In this document: positions 60,903 to 64,000 of the stretch, in pieces | Numbering within the stretch: the first letter of the stretch is position 1 | Layout of the letters: each line of letters begins with the position of its first letter | Origin: Macrostomum lignano | Lineage: Eukaryota | Length of the DNA stretch: 64,000 nucleotides | Direction: 5' to 3' | Assembly: GCA_002269645.1 (NCBI GenBank) | Contig: NIVC01000578.1 | Location: 448,549 to 512,548, forward strand | Notes under the pieces: model-generated | The model's database searches: none | Told to the model about the DNA's origin: nothing | Seen by the model: the letters and a program-made list of their open reading frames with translations, nothing else | Program-made: the position numbers and the translations under genes

Positions 60903-61931
60903 TCAATCAAACGGCGACACGCACTCGCAGAGGGCGCCGTAGGCTCCCGAATCCGTGATGTCCACCAGCTTCGGCAGTGTCGGGTACCGAGCCGTGGCCT
61001 TCTCCCCAAACGAATTGGGCTCGCCAGAGCCCCAGAGCGTATCGTCCACCGTGATGTTGCAGGCCGTCCAGAGCCAGCCGTCCGTCTGAGCGGCCCCACG
61101 AAACATGCGGTAGCCGCCCAGGTAGACAGCGACTCCCGGGCTGAGCGCGGTGTACATGGCTTCCACGTGGCTCATCTCAGACGAGTCGGTGACGTCGGCC
61201 AGCATCGCCAGGCCGGAATCCGACTCGCACCTATCAGTTCAGGCAGTTCAGGCCGTGAGACGTTTCTGCTACCATTGGACACATGGATACGGACACGGAA
61301 ACACCCTCTGAGTCTAACTCTGCCCTGAGTTTCATCCTCCGGCAGTGTGCTCACTGTGCGTCTTGGGGTTGGCTCTTACTAATGAGTGGCAATTGCACAT
61401 AATTCAGGCCAACATTCCACGAGAACCCCGAACTAATGAGGCCGCCATACCACGAAATCGAACTCGCGGATGCGGCATTTCAGCCCAACCCATTTCAGCC
61501 ACCCACCTGAGCTTCTGGGTTGACCAGGTGGCGGTGCTGTTGATCAGGCGGTACTTCACTCCGCACAGCTCGTCTCCGTAGCCAGGAGGGCACAGCGCGC
61601 CCGGCTCGAGTCCCGGCTGCCGCTTCACGAACAGGCGGCCTCTCCGGGAGCAGCCGCAGTCCCGCACCGACTTGCTGCACCTGTCGAACACGAACAGCTG
61701 GCACGGACCGTCGGCGGTGGTGAAGGCCTGGCAGTTCGACTCTCCGCCGCACTCGATGGAGCACTGCAGCTCTGATGTGATGCCGGGCAGCGTGCGGGTG
61801 AAGGCGCTGCGGATGCACAGGGAGCCGCTGCTGACCTCCCTGAAGGCTGTGTGGCACAGCTGCTGGCTGCTCTGGGCTTCCGCCAGAGAAACTGAGAAAG
61901 CCAAGATGAAGAGCGCAGCGATTGGATGCAT
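60903..61931 (-). CDS. Secreted PAN/Apple + C-type lectin domain protein (250 aa; exons 61507-61931, 60903-61230)
   Basis: Signal peptide MHPIAALFILAFSVSLAEA; PAN-like QCSIEC..CQAF..CQL; CTLD CPPGY...ATW..RC...YLGG..W.W...W..GEPN...D...ALCE; phase-2 GT-AG intron gives an uninterrupted frame. Confidence 0.85.
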
Positions 61932-63519
61932 TCAGCTGCTTTGGACAACTCAGGGGTTAATTCTATACTGTTCGCGATTTGGCTGGTACCGTTTTTTACA
62001 TGTAGGTACGCGTCAGTTTTGTTTTAAACAGCTTTCCCGGCTTTTGATTTGCTGTGACGAGACGGGACCTGCATGCGAGCCTGCTGACTGCTGATTGGCC
62101 TGCAGCCGATACTGGAATTCGACTGGAGTTTCCATTCTGTTCGAGCTTAAGTGTGCGAGACAGACTATTTCGATAACCAATAATTGCGCACGTAGAAATG
62201 TCAAATCATGAGAAAATTACGGAATAGTACATGTACTTTGACTGCATTTATCCCAACTTGAGTCTAAGAGAAGCAAGGATAATCTGCATCGCTCGACTGT
62301 CAGATAGCAATACAAAGTGTGTGATGAATCACGTCAACTCTGATAGTTAAGTTGGAATGTAACGAAATGCTTCAGCAACTGCTTTGTGAGTGCGCGCGTC
62401 TGTATAGATTAAATAAGCTCGCGATGAACATTAATAGTGCAGGTTGTGGCAGAAGTTGAGCTGCTGTCATTCGTCGAGCTTGCATGGTTGCTTCTCATTT
62501 ATTTTGTCGGGGCGATTGGGAGAGCGCGCCATTTTCTCATGGGAGATCATGCTGGAAGAGTTTGGTTGCCAAGGGTCGGACGGTCCCCTCAGCTCTGCCT
62601 CCTCTCGTGATGCCCTCTAGTCAAGTAGTTAAGATGACAAACGTCCTTAAGACAGCTCGGACTACTTACCTGTAAGTGCTTTTTACATATTCTTGGATGC
62701 GATCCTTGAGAATAAAATTTTCTAAGCACCCTGCTGCAAAAACGATGCTTTTAATGTATGAGCAACACCTGCCTTGAATCTGGAGCCGAGATCGTGTAGA
62801 TCTACACGATTTTTAAGTGTTGCGTCTTTTACATCTGTGCTGTATTTGTAAATGAATCCAAGCTAGTGGAGGAGGCAATCTTCAGGTGCAAATTACAATA
62901 ACCGGATCGATATTATGGCATGCTCCTCCGAAGCAATGTATCCGCTTCAATTCCAGACAAATAACAAATAAAATGAAAACATAATTCTCACTACACTACT
63001 ATGAGCAGAGATAATTCCTTGACCGCTATTTTAATAACAAAAAGGCCGATAAAACTGCAGCATATTGTGCGGCGCAGCACAGCTGAGCACTAAACTCAGC
63101 ATGGCGTGACTGGGCTGCACCGAACACAGGCCGGCCGCAATCCATTCCTTCCAGCCAGCTGTCTGAACTTGGCAGTTAAATAAAGTTAAATGTCAGAGCC
63201 GCCCAGCATAGCTGCTAAGTGCACCGGGGGTAGCAAAAGTGCTCACTCACTCCGCACAGTATGGACTCGTGCACTCCAATGGCCTGGCAAACTGCCTGAG
63301 ATGTCCGATATGGACTGTCTGAATCTCTTCTGGTGTCTCTTCCGGATTCTTTCAGTCTTGCTCCCACATCTACCATCTTTTCTTCTTCCTGACTCCCAGG
63401 TTTCTGTTTATTACTCCCATACACTTTACAATGTGTACATGTATCTCTCTCTTCCTGATTCCCCTGGCTCTCTCCCTGACTCCCCTATTAATCTCCCTGA
63501 TTCCCCCCTCAATCTCCTT

Positions 63520-63810
63520 GGTTCTCCTCCAAATCTTTCCTGATTTCCTTCTCAATCTCCATTATTCCCTTCTCAACTTCTGGATTCCCCTCTCAATCTC
63601 CATTATTCCCTTCTCAACTTCTTGATTCCCCTCTCAATCTCCATTATTCCCTTCTCAACTTCTGGATTCCCCTCTCAATCTCCATTATTCCCTTCTCAAC
63701 TTCTGGATTCCCCTCTCAATCTCCATTATTCCCTTCTCAACTTCTGGATTCCCCTCTCAATATCCATTATTCCCTTCTCAATTTTCTGATTTCCCTATCA
63801 ATCTTCCTGA
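63520..63810. repeat. 41-bp minisatellite
   Basis: Unit CTCCATTATTCCCTTCTCAACTTCTGGATTCCCCTCTCAAT, ~6-7 copies. Confidence 0.85.
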
Positions 63811-64000
63811 TTCCCCTCTCAATCTCCCTGACCCCACACCTCGCCTCAAATGAACTCCAAGAAAGCCTACATGCAACATTAATTAAGTACACAATAAACT
63901 TTGCGCAAATTTCAAATTCAATGATGTATGATTCAATAAAGCATATTAGATTTACTCAGACAGAATCTGAAACTGATTTAATTGTTACAGACGGCGGTAA

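Noticed and set aside
62480-63330. Possible small exons of a minus-strand gene (GT/AG-bounded segment near 63250-63320)
   Set aside because: Could not assemble a frame-consistent or recognisable product.

Overview
Eukaryotic, intron-containing, repeat-rich invertebrate DNA. GC-rich exons, short GT-AG introns and dense minisatellites resemble a free-living flatworm such as Macrostomum (inference only). Contents: (1) an intronless Pro-rich gene (153-1745, -). (2) A near-intact Ty3/gypsy element (-, 3506-8516) with a tRNA-Leu PBS, a G_GGA_AAC -1 frameshift signal and no 3' LTR. (3) A minus-strand tandem cluster of six F-box/LRR paralogs plus one relic, here called A-G. It is arranged as two duplicated triplets; C looks intact, B and E are open but lack a clear start exon, and A, D, F, G are broken. 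Almost every copy carries minisatellites at splice junctions or just after the stop codon. (4) A second gypsy element (11155-17057, AGCAG TSD) in intron 1 of paralog A. It carries a nested 1.3 kb internally deleted non-LTR element whose ORF has a 2A/StopGo-like GDVERNPGP motif and zinc fingers. (5) A 9.85 kb EnSpm/CACTA-type DNA transposon (44469-54319) with a transposase and a divergent six-exon second gene, inserted 46 bp upstream of paralog F. (6) LTR-element debris (55-60 kb). (7) A two-exon secreted PAN/Apple + C-type lectin gene (60903-61931, -). No rRNA, tRNA or CRISPR array was found. All exon models were inferred by hand from GT-AG sites and phase arithmetic.
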